From: a virus
Taxonomy: Duplodnaviria; Heunggongvirae; Uroviricota; Caudoviricetes
Length of the DNA stretch: 10,092 nt
Virus record (IMG/VR): IMGVR_UViG_3300005613_000043
Reading direction: 5' to 3' (one strand)
Positions 1 to 6,104 of the stretch are shown here, in pieces. The notes beneath the pieces were generated by a model, which saw only the letters and a list, made by a program, of their open reading frames with translations, had not been told where the DNA came from and did no database searches. Both the position numbers and the translations under genes were made by a program. Position 1 is the stretch's first letter, and each line of letters opens with the position of its first letter.

Positions 1-71
1 AATCGGCATTAACATTAGTTTTAAAACTAATAATCCGAACAAAATCCAAACGAATTAATAGTCCAATGGAA

Positions 72-497
72 TCATTTTTTCCCTAATTTACAATCATCCA
101 CTTCTATGAACTTGTTAAACTCTTCTTTGACTTCACTGCTAATGTCCGTAAAGGAATCATCTGCTTTTTTAAAGAGTTTGCTTTCGTCATAATCTCCCAC
201 TACTACTATCCTATCACCTGCCCATCTTCCATTATTGCTAAAATCTTTATTCACTTCTTTTTGAATAGTTTCTATTGTTGTATCGTTGGGGTTTTTAGAC
301 TTCCTTTTTAATAATTTCCTACTATATCTATCACTCACATCGCCGCCACCGAATCCGCTTGATTTTCGTAAAAGATGGGGCAAAAGCCTTGAGATATTGT
401 TTGCACATATTTCCCATAATTTCAATCCACTGCCTAATTTTTGCGGGTCTAAAAATTCCTCTTTGTCTAAATTCACGATTAAAAAATACTGCCCCAT
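72..497 (-). CDS. Conserved virus/phage hypothetical protein (MGQY...GLKLWE...GRWAGDRIVVVGDY type)
   Basis: 141-aa ORF. GGAGGTG RBS 6 nt upstream of ATG. The MGQYxxIVNLDKxE and GRWAGDRIVxVGDY motifs are recalled as recurrent in phage hypotheticals; function unknown. Confidence 0.85.
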   Translation of the reverse strand: MGQYFLIVNLDKEEFLDPQKLGSGLKLWEICANNISRLLPHLLRKSSGFGGGDVSDRYSRKLLKRKSKNPNDTTIETIQKEVNKDFSNNGRWAGDRIVVVGDYDESKLFKKADDSFTDISSEVKEEFNKFIEVDDCKLGKK

Positions 498-517
498 ATT
501 CTACACCTCCAATTCTT

Positions 518-709
518 TTATTTTTCTTTAGCAAAGTATTCAGACATTTCTTCATTAACCTTCCAACTTCCATCAATATAATTTCCTTCTGGAAGTCCAA
601 TACTTGTATCTTCTTTTGCTATTTTGATTGCTTCTTCAAGTGAATTTGCTTTCACTTTTACTATTCCACACGATTCCCACTCCACAGAAATCCTATATCT
701 TTTTTCCAT
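518..709 (-). CDS. Small hypothetical protein, DpnD/PcfM-like fold possible
   Basis: The ORF track starts at GTG 715, but ATG 709 has GAGGTG 5 nt upstream. V-x-V-x-A-x-S-x-E-E-A-I pattern (VKVKANSLEEAIKIA). Confidence 0.75.
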   Translation of the reverse strand: MEKRYRISVEWESCGIVKVKANSLEEAIKIAKEDTSIGLPEGNYIDGSWKVNEEMSEYFAKEK

Positions 710-749
710 CTTCACACCTCAAAATTTTCATTTAAACACACAAGCCACA

Positions 750-884
750 TCATGTTGGATTGTGCAAAAACATCTTGAATTTCTTATACTGGGCCGTCTT
801 TCTAATTCGTTTAATTGGTAAACCCGATAGTGTTAATCTGTCAAGGTAATCTGCACATTTTAAAGCTTCTTGAAAATTTACCAT
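750..884 (-). CDS. 44-aa hypothetical protein (MVNFQEALKCADYLDRLTLSGLPIKRIRKTAQYKKFKMFLHNPT)
   Basis: Translated by hand; below the ORF-track cut-off. GGAGG RBS. Starts 1 nt after the stop of the upstream gene and fills the gap. Confidence 0.65.
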   Translation of the reverse strand: MVNFQEALKCADYLDRLTLSGLPIKRIRKTAQYKKFKMFLHNPT

Positions 885-885
885 A

Positions 886-1092
886 TTAATCCCTCCTTTT
901 GAAGTAAGCGGTTGCTAAAAACATAATGAAACTAATCAAGCTCATGAAGTAAAACGCACCATCAAAATACATATACCGATTAATGTACCATTCCAAAACA
1001 GTCACGCCTATACAAGCCATTGTTTTAAACACATCATCACCATAAAAATAAAGCATATTCCATCCCTTTACTATTAAATAGTAATTATACAA
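886..1092 (-). CDS. Small membrane protein with 1-2 hydrophobic helices
   Basis: Hydrophobic segments MACIGVTVLEWYI and GAFYFMSLISFIMFLATAYF, then a basic tail KRRD. Start uncertain (TTG 1092 or ATG 1056). Confidence 0.6.
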   Translation of the reverse strand: MYNYYLIVKGWNMLYFYGDDVFKTMACIGVTVLEWYINRYMYFDGAFYFMSLISFIMFLATAYFKRRD

Positions 1093-1138
1093 TATTAAAC
1101 CAAACGTTAAGGCATATTAGAATAGCTTTAAAGACACC

Positions 1139-1300
1139 CTAATTCAAGTCTTTAAGATACTTTACAATAGGCTTAAAATTAAGCAAACATTCGGATAAAA
1201 ACTTAGATAATCCATAATTACCGATTGTAGACTTAAGCTTTAAACATTCTTTAAATGCCTCTGGATGGTCTTTTTGACTAATTACTATTTTAATCTTCAT
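1139..1300 (-). CDS. 53-aa protein, possible ribbon-helix-helix-like DNA-binding protein (MKIKIVISQKDHPEAFKECLKLKSTIGNYGLSKFLSECLLNFKPIVKYLKDLN)
   Basis: Translated by hand. Alternating beta-strand (KIKIVIS), then helix, turn (GNYG) and helix (LSKFLSECL) fit the RHH layout. No RBS. The fold call is inference. Confidence 0.55.
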   Translation of the reverse strand: MKIKIVISQKDHPEAFKECLKLKSTIGNYGLSKFLSECLLNFKPIVKYLKDLN

Positions 1301-1428
1301 ATTATCTATACTATACAAATAAAACAGTCAAAAGAATATATTTGAGTATATAGGTTTTATTCTAATTTTCCAATGTCATTGACATAAACCTCAATATTAA
1401 TTTAAATAATAAACTTTAAGATACTTTA
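1150..1428. repeat. 15-bp exact direct repeat CTTTAAGATACTTTA (1150-1164 and 1414-1428)
   Basis: Read directly from the sequence; the motif is also an imperfect palindrome. Confidence 0.8.
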
Positions 1429-1454
1429 AACACTTGAATTTTGAAGTGACACCT

Positions 1455-2126
1455 TTATGCCTTAAGTTTCTTAAGCAATTTATAAGCATCTATTTTAGTT
1501 TTAACTTTATCTCTTAGTTTAACTTGTTTAGATAAGTATTTGTCTAATTTATATTTCTTCTTTTTAAGCAGTTTAAGATAACTCTCTACTGGTTTTCTGT
1601 CAGTTCTAATTCTTTCTAATTCCTCGAAGTCAATAAAGTATATTCCTCCAGGTTGGTTAATCTGAGTAAACTGACCGAATAAGCGCTTAGCCTCACTATC
1701 GTAGAAGTCTTTCACTTCCTCGTTAAAAGAAAAGTCTTTCTTGCGTTCTCTGACGTGTTCCTTTCCCCAGTCGGATTCAAATTCCTTTAAGAAAAGATAC
1801 CTTCTAAAGCTTCTGACTGCTTTATTTAAATCATTAAATGCACTGTCAAAATAATTCCTTCTGATTATTCTGTAATCATCTTTAACAAGTACCTTAGACC
1901 CCTTAATTAACTTTCTTACATTCTTCCTTATTGCGTCTTTTTTGTAATATGGTTTAAGATATTCTGGTATCTGGTTATCGACTAAATTAACTATAAAATG
2001 CTGTTTAAAGTTATGGTAACCTATAAACTGACTCATCACCTTATCGAAGTCCTCTTGGTTTCTAAACATCTCATTATCTACTATTTCTTTAAGTACTTGT
2101 TCACATTCTTTATATGTCAAATTCAT
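1455..2126 (-). CDS. 223-aa hypothetical protein, helical, with a Lys-rich coiled-coil-like C-terminus
   Basis: Long ORF with GAGGTG RBS; no recognisable family motif. Confidence 0.85.
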   Translation of the reverse strand: MNLTYKECEQVLKEIVDNEMFRNQEDFDKVMSQFIGYHNFKQHFIVNLVDNQIPEYLKPYYKKDAIRKNVRKLIKGSKVLVKDDYRIIRRNYFDSAFNDLNKAVRSFRRYLFLKEFESDWGKEHVRERKKDFSFNEEVKDFYDSEAKRLFGQFTQINQPGGIYFIDFEELERIRTDRKPVESYLKLLKKKKYKLDKYLSKQVKLRDKVKTKIDAYKLLKKLKA

Positions 2127-2140
2127 CTAAACACCTCTTT

Positions 2141-2368
2141 TTACATAGACATAAGAGAATCAAGTTTCTCATTGATTAAATCCATTTTTTCGCTTAATTC
2201 CTCTATGTCTTTTCTCCATGATGTTATAACAATGTTATTACCTGTTGTGCTATCTGAACCTAAATTTACATTAAATTGTATCATTTCTCCTACTTTTTTG
2301 TTATTCAATTCCTTCTTAGGTATTATTATTCCCTGACTATTACCTATTTTTATTAGTTTTTTCTTCAT
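2141..2368 (-). CDS. AbrB/MazE/SpoVT-type DNA-binding protein with a C-terminal coiled coil
   Basis: N-terminal KLIKIGNSQGIIIPK matches the swapped-hairpin signature; heptad-like C-terminus (IEELSEKMDLINEKLDSL). Confidence 0.85.
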   Translation of the reverse strand: MKKKLIKIGNSQGIIIPKKELNNKKVGEMIQFNVNLGSDSTTGNNIVITSWRKDIEELSEKMDLINEKLDSLMSM

Positions 2369-2397
2369 GTTATAACTTGTTATTACATCTATTTATA
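2369..2397 (-). promoter_or_regulatory. Archaeal TATA box (TATAAATA, 2390-2397) with operator-like GTTATAAC-TT-GTTATTAC (2369-2386)
   Basis: TATA box 21 nt upstream of an RBS-less ATG; the palindrome GTTATAAC abuts the start codon. Confidence 0.7.
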
Positions 2398-2691
2398 GTA
2401 AGTTATTGTTCCTTTGAATCGAATAGTACATAGTTTGTTTTTAGGTTTTGTTTTACTTGTCATGGTATTATCTTTTAGCATACGCCATACTTTATTCTTA
2501 TCAATACCCAACTTATCAGCTATATCACGTATGCTAACCTTATCTTTTCTTAGTTTTATTATCTCACCCCTCATTTTTGTTTCATTTCTTATTCTCCATA
2601 TGGTTGTTCTTCCAGCTTTTAACTTATCTGCTATATCACTATCAGACAATCCACTCTTGATTAATTCTATTACTTTTTCTCTTTCTATCAT
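2389..2691 (-). CDS. Tandem helix-turn-helix DNA-binding protein (two resolvase/Hin-type HTH repeats)
   Basis: Repeats LSDSDIADKLKAGRTTIWRI and VSIRDIADKLGIDKNKVWRM; GGTGG RBS. Confidence 0.85.
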   Translation of the reverse strand: MIEREKVIELIKSGLSDSDIADKLKAGRTTIWRIRNETKMRGEIIKLRKDKVSIRDIADKLGIDKNKVWRMLKDNTMTSKTKPKNKLCTIRFKGTITYYK

Positions 2692-2705
2692 TATACCACC
2701 AAATA

Positions 2706-2740
2706 TTGTTTCATTTTTGGATTTAAATTTGTTTCATTTT
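2706..2740. repeat. 12-bp direct repeat TTGTTTCATTTT (2706-2717 and 2729-2740) flanking a TTTAAAT box
   Basis: Read directly, immediately upstream of the tandem-HTH gene. Confidence 0.75.
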
Positions 2741-2768
2741 AAAGAAAATAAGAGTATTTCAACTCTTA
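2741..2768 (-). terminator. Hairpin TAAGAGT/ACTCTTA (7 bp, 6-nt loop) followed by TTTTCTTT on the minus strand
   Basis: Perfect stem at 2749-2768, just downstream of the 115-aa gene stop, followed by a T-rich tract. Confidence 0.55.
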
Positions 2769-2785
2769 AAATCTAAACTTTAATT

Positions 2786-3133
2786 TCATTTAAACCATTC
2801 ACCGCTAACCATTTTATCTATATCTGATTGAAATTCCTCTTCTTGGTATGCTCCTATGGTTAAATGCTCAAATTGACGGAGTTTGTTGTTTTCTATTCTA
2901 TATATAAAACATCCATAATTCCAATGATTAGCGAATATTATATTCTTATGTTTAAAGATGCCGTTAAAATTCTTTAAATCACTAAATAATCTCTTTACTG
3001 ATGCCCTGTGCGTTATTGAATCCAAATATTCCTTATCTGTAACCATAGCTAATACGTCACCGTCCTTCATATCATAGTATCCATTTAGCCACTTATTCTT
3101 TTTTATTTTATTACAAATTGTTTTTACGTTCAT
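2786..3133 (-). CDS. 115-aa hypothetical protein
   Basis: GGAGGTG RBS; no family recognised. Confidence 0.8.
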   Translation of the reverse strand: MNVKTICNKIKKNKWLNGYYDMKDGDVLAMVTDKEYLDSITHRASVKRLFSDLKNFNGIFKHKNIIFANHWNYGCFIYRIENNKLRQFEHLTIGAYQEEEFQSDIDKMVSGEWFK

Positions 3134-3172
3134 ATTCTACACCTCCAAAGAAAATAAAAACATTTCAGTTTT

Positions 3173-3379
3173 TTATTTTCTACTTAACTTAAGATATTCA
3201 TCAAAAGTTTTACAACACAACATTAAAACTGATGGCTCAAAAGTATATCCTTCTGTTTTAAAGTGTTTGCTTATTCTTTTTTTAGCGTCTCCAAAAGTGC
3301 CTTTTTCTTTATACTGTATTTCTTTCATTTTGTCCCAATGTCCCATTAAAAAGACATTTAAGTCATCTTTCCAAGTCAT
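3173..3379 (-). CDS. 68-aa hypothetical protein
   Basis: GAGGTG RBS; sits within an operon-like run of genes. Confidence 0.75.
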   Translation of the reverse strand: MTWKDDLNVFLMGHWDKMKEIQYKEKGTFGDAKKRISKHFKTEGYTFEPSVLMLCCKTFDEYLKLSRK

Positions 3380-3401
3380 TATCTACACCTCATTTATTTT
3401 T

Positions 3402-3641
3402 TCATAACATTTTCTTTCCCATTTCAATAATTCTATTCCATTCTGTTATCATTATTTCTTTTCTTAATTTTCCACCAAAAAATTGCCCAAAATCTTTGTG
3501 AAAGAAATGATAAACTTTATTCACTTCTTCCCTTACTAATTCACTACAATCTGGACATATCACTCCCTTATGTTTTAGTTTTCTTCCAGACCATTCTAAT
3601 TCCATACCACAAATCAAACAATACTTATATTTCACTACCAT
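3402..3641 (-). CDS. Small C2-C2 zinc-finger/zinc-ribbon protein
   Basis: CLIC...CPDC pair. GAGGT RBS; spacing favours GTG 3635 as an alternative start. Confidence 0.75.
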   Translation of the reverse strand: MVVKYKYCLICGMELEWSGRKLKHKGVICPDCSELVREEVNKVYHFFHKDFGQFFGGKLRKEIMITEWNRIIEMGKKML

Positions 3642-3744
3642 AACCTCTTTTTTTCATGAGTCGTAAGCACTCTTCTACCATCTCACGGTATAATTTTGCA
3701 TGTCTTTTCCACAAAGCTGTGCCTTTTAAATATTCTTTTTTCAT
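3625..3744 (-). CDS. 39-aa basic helical peptide (MKKEYLKGTALWKRHAKLYREMVEECLRLMKKRGYGSEI)
   Basis: Translated by hand. GAGGT 8 nt upstream. Overlaps the start of the Zn-finger gene, consistent with translational coupling. Confidence 0.55.
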   Translation of the reverse strand: MKKEYLKGTALWKRHAKLYREMVEECLRLMKKRGYGSEI

Positions 3745-3770
3745 TTTTCATTACCTCTTTATTTTTTATT

Positions 3771-3801
3771 GTGTGGTCGGCATTGAAGCCGATTTTCACA
3801 C
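3771..3801. other. GC-rich intergenic hairpin GTGTG-GTCGGC-ATTGAA-GCCGAT-TTT-CACAC
   Basis: Inverted repeat directly after the stop codon of the 79-aa gene. Confidence 0.6.
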
Positions 3802-4041
3802 TTAAATTAATTTAATAGCATCTAAAATTCCCTGTTGATTCCCGCCCAATGCTATTAAAATTTTAGCTAATCCTATTTGTTTTTGTTTGTCTTCATATTT
3901 ACTTAAAATGGCCATATATTGACCATAATGGTTTTTAGTGGTCGGAATACTGTTCTCAATACTATTTATTGAGTCTTTTACTTGATTGACAACATCTGAA
4001 CCCAACATTTCTTTTAATTTATTTTCAATTTCTATTCTCAT
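3802..4041 (-). CDS. 79-aa conserved phage-type hypothetical protein (PTTKNHYGQYM...ALGGNQQGI)
   Basis: GGAG RBS. The TTKxHYGxYM and LIAxGxNxxGI pattern is recalled from phage hypotheticals. Confidence 0.8.
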   Translation of the reverse strand: MRIEIENKLKEMLGSDVVNQVKDSINSIENSIPTTKNHYGQYMAILSKYEDKQKQIGLAKILIALGGNQQGILDAIKLI

Positions 4042-4065
4042 TTTATCAACTCCGCACGTTTATAT

Positions 4066-4155
4066 TTACCACAACTTTTTTACTAATCCATGAGCAACAG
4101 CCCAAGCTAAGTCACCCCTGTGTTTTTTTAATTTTTCTCTTTGTTTTTTATTCAT
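4066..4155 (-). CDS. 29-aa basic peptide (MNKKQREKLKKHRGDLAWAVAHGLVKKLW)
   Basis: Translated by hand. First ORF downstream of a TTTATA box at 4206-4213; weak RBS. Confidence 0.4.
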   Translation of the reverse strand: MNKKQREKLKKHRGDLAWAVAHGLVKKLW

Positions 4156-4177
4156 TTTATCATCTATTTCTATACTT

Positions 4178-4483
4178 ATTTTCTATGATAAATTTGTATT
4201 ATGAGTATAAATAGTTATCTCTTATAGAATAAACTTTATACTTTGATTTTACAATACCACCCATGAAGTTAGAATTTTGAAATTCACAAAGAAAAAAGAG
4301 AGAATACATATTAGTCACCAACTCTTAGTATTCGTTCGTTCATGAAGAGTGTATTTCTATGACATTCTACATAAAATTTGAAATTGTAATTTTTTGATGA
4401 CAATCTGCATAGAAAATTCATAAGGAAATGTATTATTAGAATAGATTATATTAGTTATTCATAGGAAATGTTTGTTAGGAATA
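4178..4483. repeat. Non-coding AT-rich region with five copies of a (T)CATA(A/G)(G)AAA motif
   Basis: Reverse copies at 4178-4188 and 4353-4362; forward copies at 4408-4417, 4416-4431 and 4457-4471. The last two extend into longer imperfect direct repeats. No credible ORF. Confidence 0.6.
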
Positions 4484-4540
4484 AAAGTATTAATATTTCT
4501 CCGCAGTTCCTCGGAGGTCATGTTTGCTTCGCAATCCCCC

Positions 4541-4813
4541 CTACATACTGACATACCCTTTTACGTTTTTATCTCCATATATCTTCTTGTATCTTAATGT
4601 TGACCCTACATAATCATAATAATGATTCGGTGTATTACATTCTATCACATAAACTGAATATTTTCTTTCTGTTTCTAAAGATTCTATTGTTACTAACCAT
4701 TCTGACCCAACTTCATTCATTCCAACCTCTTCTCGAAAATGTTTTGGAACGATAATTGAGAGCGAATTTCCATCTTTCTTAGTTCGGGCTTTGAATTTGA
4801 TTTTATCTTTCAT
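4541..4813 (-). CDS. AbrB/MazE-type DNA-binding protein with a GIY-YIG-like C-terminal segment
   Basis: RTKKDGNSLSIIVPKHFREEVGM...GSEWLVTIE is the AbrB signature; the tail YSVYVIEC...YVGST resembles the GIY-YIG N-terminal hairpin. Confidence 0.8.
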   Translation of the reverse strand: MKDKIKFKARTKKDGNSLSIIVPKHFREEVGMNEVGSEWLVTIESLETERKYSVYVIECNTPNHYYDYVGSTLRYKKIYGDKNVKGYVSM

Positions 4814-4835
4814 AAATAATATTTAATAATACAAT

Positions 4836-4850
4836 TATTTAAAGCTTCGC
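4836..4850 (-). promoter_or_regulatory. Archaeal promoter (TTTAAATA plus upstream GCGAAGC), leaderless
   Basis: TATA box 22 nt upstream of the RBS-less ATG at 4813. Confidence 0.7.
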
Positions 4851-4872
4851 TCACCCCCTTGAAGTTTAGGAA

Positions 4873-5046
4873 TTAAAATGGAATACCAATAGGTCCTTTT
4901 CTAGCGCCTCGACCCTCGCCTCTGCCAGCTCCTTTGGAGCGAATCTTTCCCCCTGGACACTTTACGCAGGCTTTAACTCTCTCGTCCCATTCATATCCTT
5001 CTGGGCATGCTTCTTTTAGATAATTTGTTAATTCAATTTCCGCCAT
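4873..5046 (-). CDS. 57-aa Cys- and Arg/Gly-rich protein (MAEIELTNYLKEACPEGYEWDERVKACVKCPGGKIRSKGAGRGEGRGARKGPIGIPF)
   Basis: Translated by hand. Has its own TATA box (TTTAAAT 5067-5073, 20 nt upstream) and is visibly GC-richer than its flanks. Confidence 0.75.
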   Translation of the reverse strand: MAEIELTNYLKEACPEGYEWDERVKACVKCPGGKIRSKGAGRGEGRGARKGPIGIPF

Positions 5047-5124
5047 GATGTAAATTAAACTTATTCATTTAAATAATTAAAATCCAATCTTTCTTTCCTT
5101 GATGATTTGATACCAAGACCATTT

Positions 5125-5199
5125 TTACTTTCCGATACAAAATAACACCTGTATTAAAATTACTAAGCTAACCCAAATAAATATCCATAACTTTTTCAT
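5125..5199 (-). CDS. 24-aa hydrophobic peptide (MKKLWIFIWVSLVILIQVLFCIGK)
   Basis: Translated by hand. Basic N-terminus plus one TM-length hydrophobic run; starts 7 nt after the previous stop; no RBS. Confidence 0.4.
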   Translation of the reverse strand: MKKLWIFIWVSLVILIQVLFCIGK

Positions 5200-5206
5200 C
5201 TGTTTA

Positions 5207-5296
5207 TTAAGATTTTTCTGGCAATTCTCCTTGGCTGGGTTTCTCATCTTTAATTTTAAAATCCTTCATAAAATCTTTTTTATTCTTTCCTTTCAT
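5207..5296 (-). CDS. 29-aa charged peptide (MKGKNKKDFMKDFKIKDEKPSQGELPEKS)
   Basis: Translated by hand. AGGTGA RBS at the end of the upstream gene. Confidence 0.45.
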   Translation of the reverse strand: MKGKNKKDFMKDFKIKDEKPSQGELPEKS

Positions 5297-5300
5297 ATCT

Positions 5301-6083
5301 TCACCTTGCTAATTTACTGAAACTGAAATTTTTGTTCCAACTGAACCAAACTTCTCCTTTACCGTATAGTATGCTCTCCTTGTAATCAGACCGTTGATTT
5401 ATTGGTCTTAAATCAGGATAAAAAGTTGTATCATGAGCAACCCAATAATCTTTTTCTTCAACGTAGTAACAAACGAAGCAGTGCCCTCCCATTGGTTTTC
5501 CCTTCTTGTCGTAAACGTTTCCAGCTGAAAGGCGAATCTTCCAATATGGAATGCCAGAAGCCATCATTAGGTTCGCATCTAAAATGGCTTGGTCATCGCA
5601 ATCCCCACGCTTGGTTTTAAGCGTTTCAGATGGATAAGCCCAATATTCACTCATTCCATATTGTTTCTTATCGCTTACGTATTTAATGTATTTCTTAACC
5701 CATTTCTGGCATTCGACTGCTTTTTCATCGTCAGGTAGTTTCTTCCATTTTCCAGCTATCTTTTGAAGTTCGCTTGAGTTTGAATTTACGAAGAAATTCC
5801 TCACACCAAGTTCGTAATTTCCATAATTGGGAATAGACCTTCCTTTGTAAACTATTGTTTTCTTAGGATACTTATTGTTTAATTTCTTTTCGAGAGGATT
5901 AATCTTAGGAACTAATTTTACCAATTCAATGTTTTGAGATTTCAAATCAAGAATGTCCTTTGCCATTTCATCTTGTGTCTTATCGCATTTCACTATCTCT
6001 TCAATTACTTTCGCCTTGTTACGCTCGCATTCTTTTAGTTTCTCCTCTGGGCAGAGCCAATCCACGATTCTTTTTAAAAGCAT
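5301..6083 (-). CDS. Transglutaminase-like cysteine protease (BTLCP/peptidase C93-like) with an N-terminal coiled coil
   Basis: YVSDxxxYG..EYWAYPSETL..RGDCDD (Cys), GGHCF (His) and WVAHD (Asp) give the papain-like triad. Start moved from TTG 6164 to ATG 6083 because a TTTATA box lies 21 nt upstream and the longer frame overlaps the previous gene. Confidence 0.88.
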   Translation of the reverse strand: MLLKRIVDWLCPEEKLKECERNKAKVIEEIVKCDKTQDEMAKDILDLKSQNIELVKLVPKINPLEKKLNNKYPKKTIVYKGRSIPNYGNYELGVRNFFVNSNSSELQKIAGKWKKLPDDEKAVECQKWVKKYIKYVSDKKQYGMSEYWAYPSETLKTKRGDCDDQAILDANLMMASGIPYWKIRLSAGNVYDKKGKPMGGHCFVCYYVEEKDYWVAHDTTFYPDLRPINQRSDYKESILYGKGEVWFSWNKNFSFSKLAR

Positions 6084-6104
6084 GTTAAGATTTATTTTTT
6101 CGCC

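Larger units (their letters stand above)
4526..4858. repeat. GC-rich direct repeat GCTTCGC-NNN-CCCCC (4526-4540 and 4844-4858) flanking one gene
   Basis: 12 of 15 positions identical. The left copy abuts the stop codon and the right copy abuts the TATA box. Confidence 0.8.

Noticed and set aside
286-821. Plus-strand ORFs 286..531, 359..643, 624..821 and the alternative minus-strand ORF 331..600
   Set aside because: Shadows of better-supported minus-strand genes that have clear RBSs; atypical Phe/Leu/Ser-rich composition and no RBS.
1362-1385. Mini-ORF MSMTLEN with a GAGGT RBS, and possible TAG read-through or recoding
   Set aside because: Only 7 codons. TAG is used as a normal stop at 1139, 2389, 4541, 8577 and 8723, so there is no support for recoding; it may be a decayed gene.
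4178-4483. Possible CRISPR or mini-CRISPR array
   Set aside because: Repeats are short, degenerate, mixed in orientation and irregularly spaced.
5301-6083. Calling the protease PeiW/PeiP
   Set aside because: Shares only the fold; no pseudomurein-binding repeats are visible.
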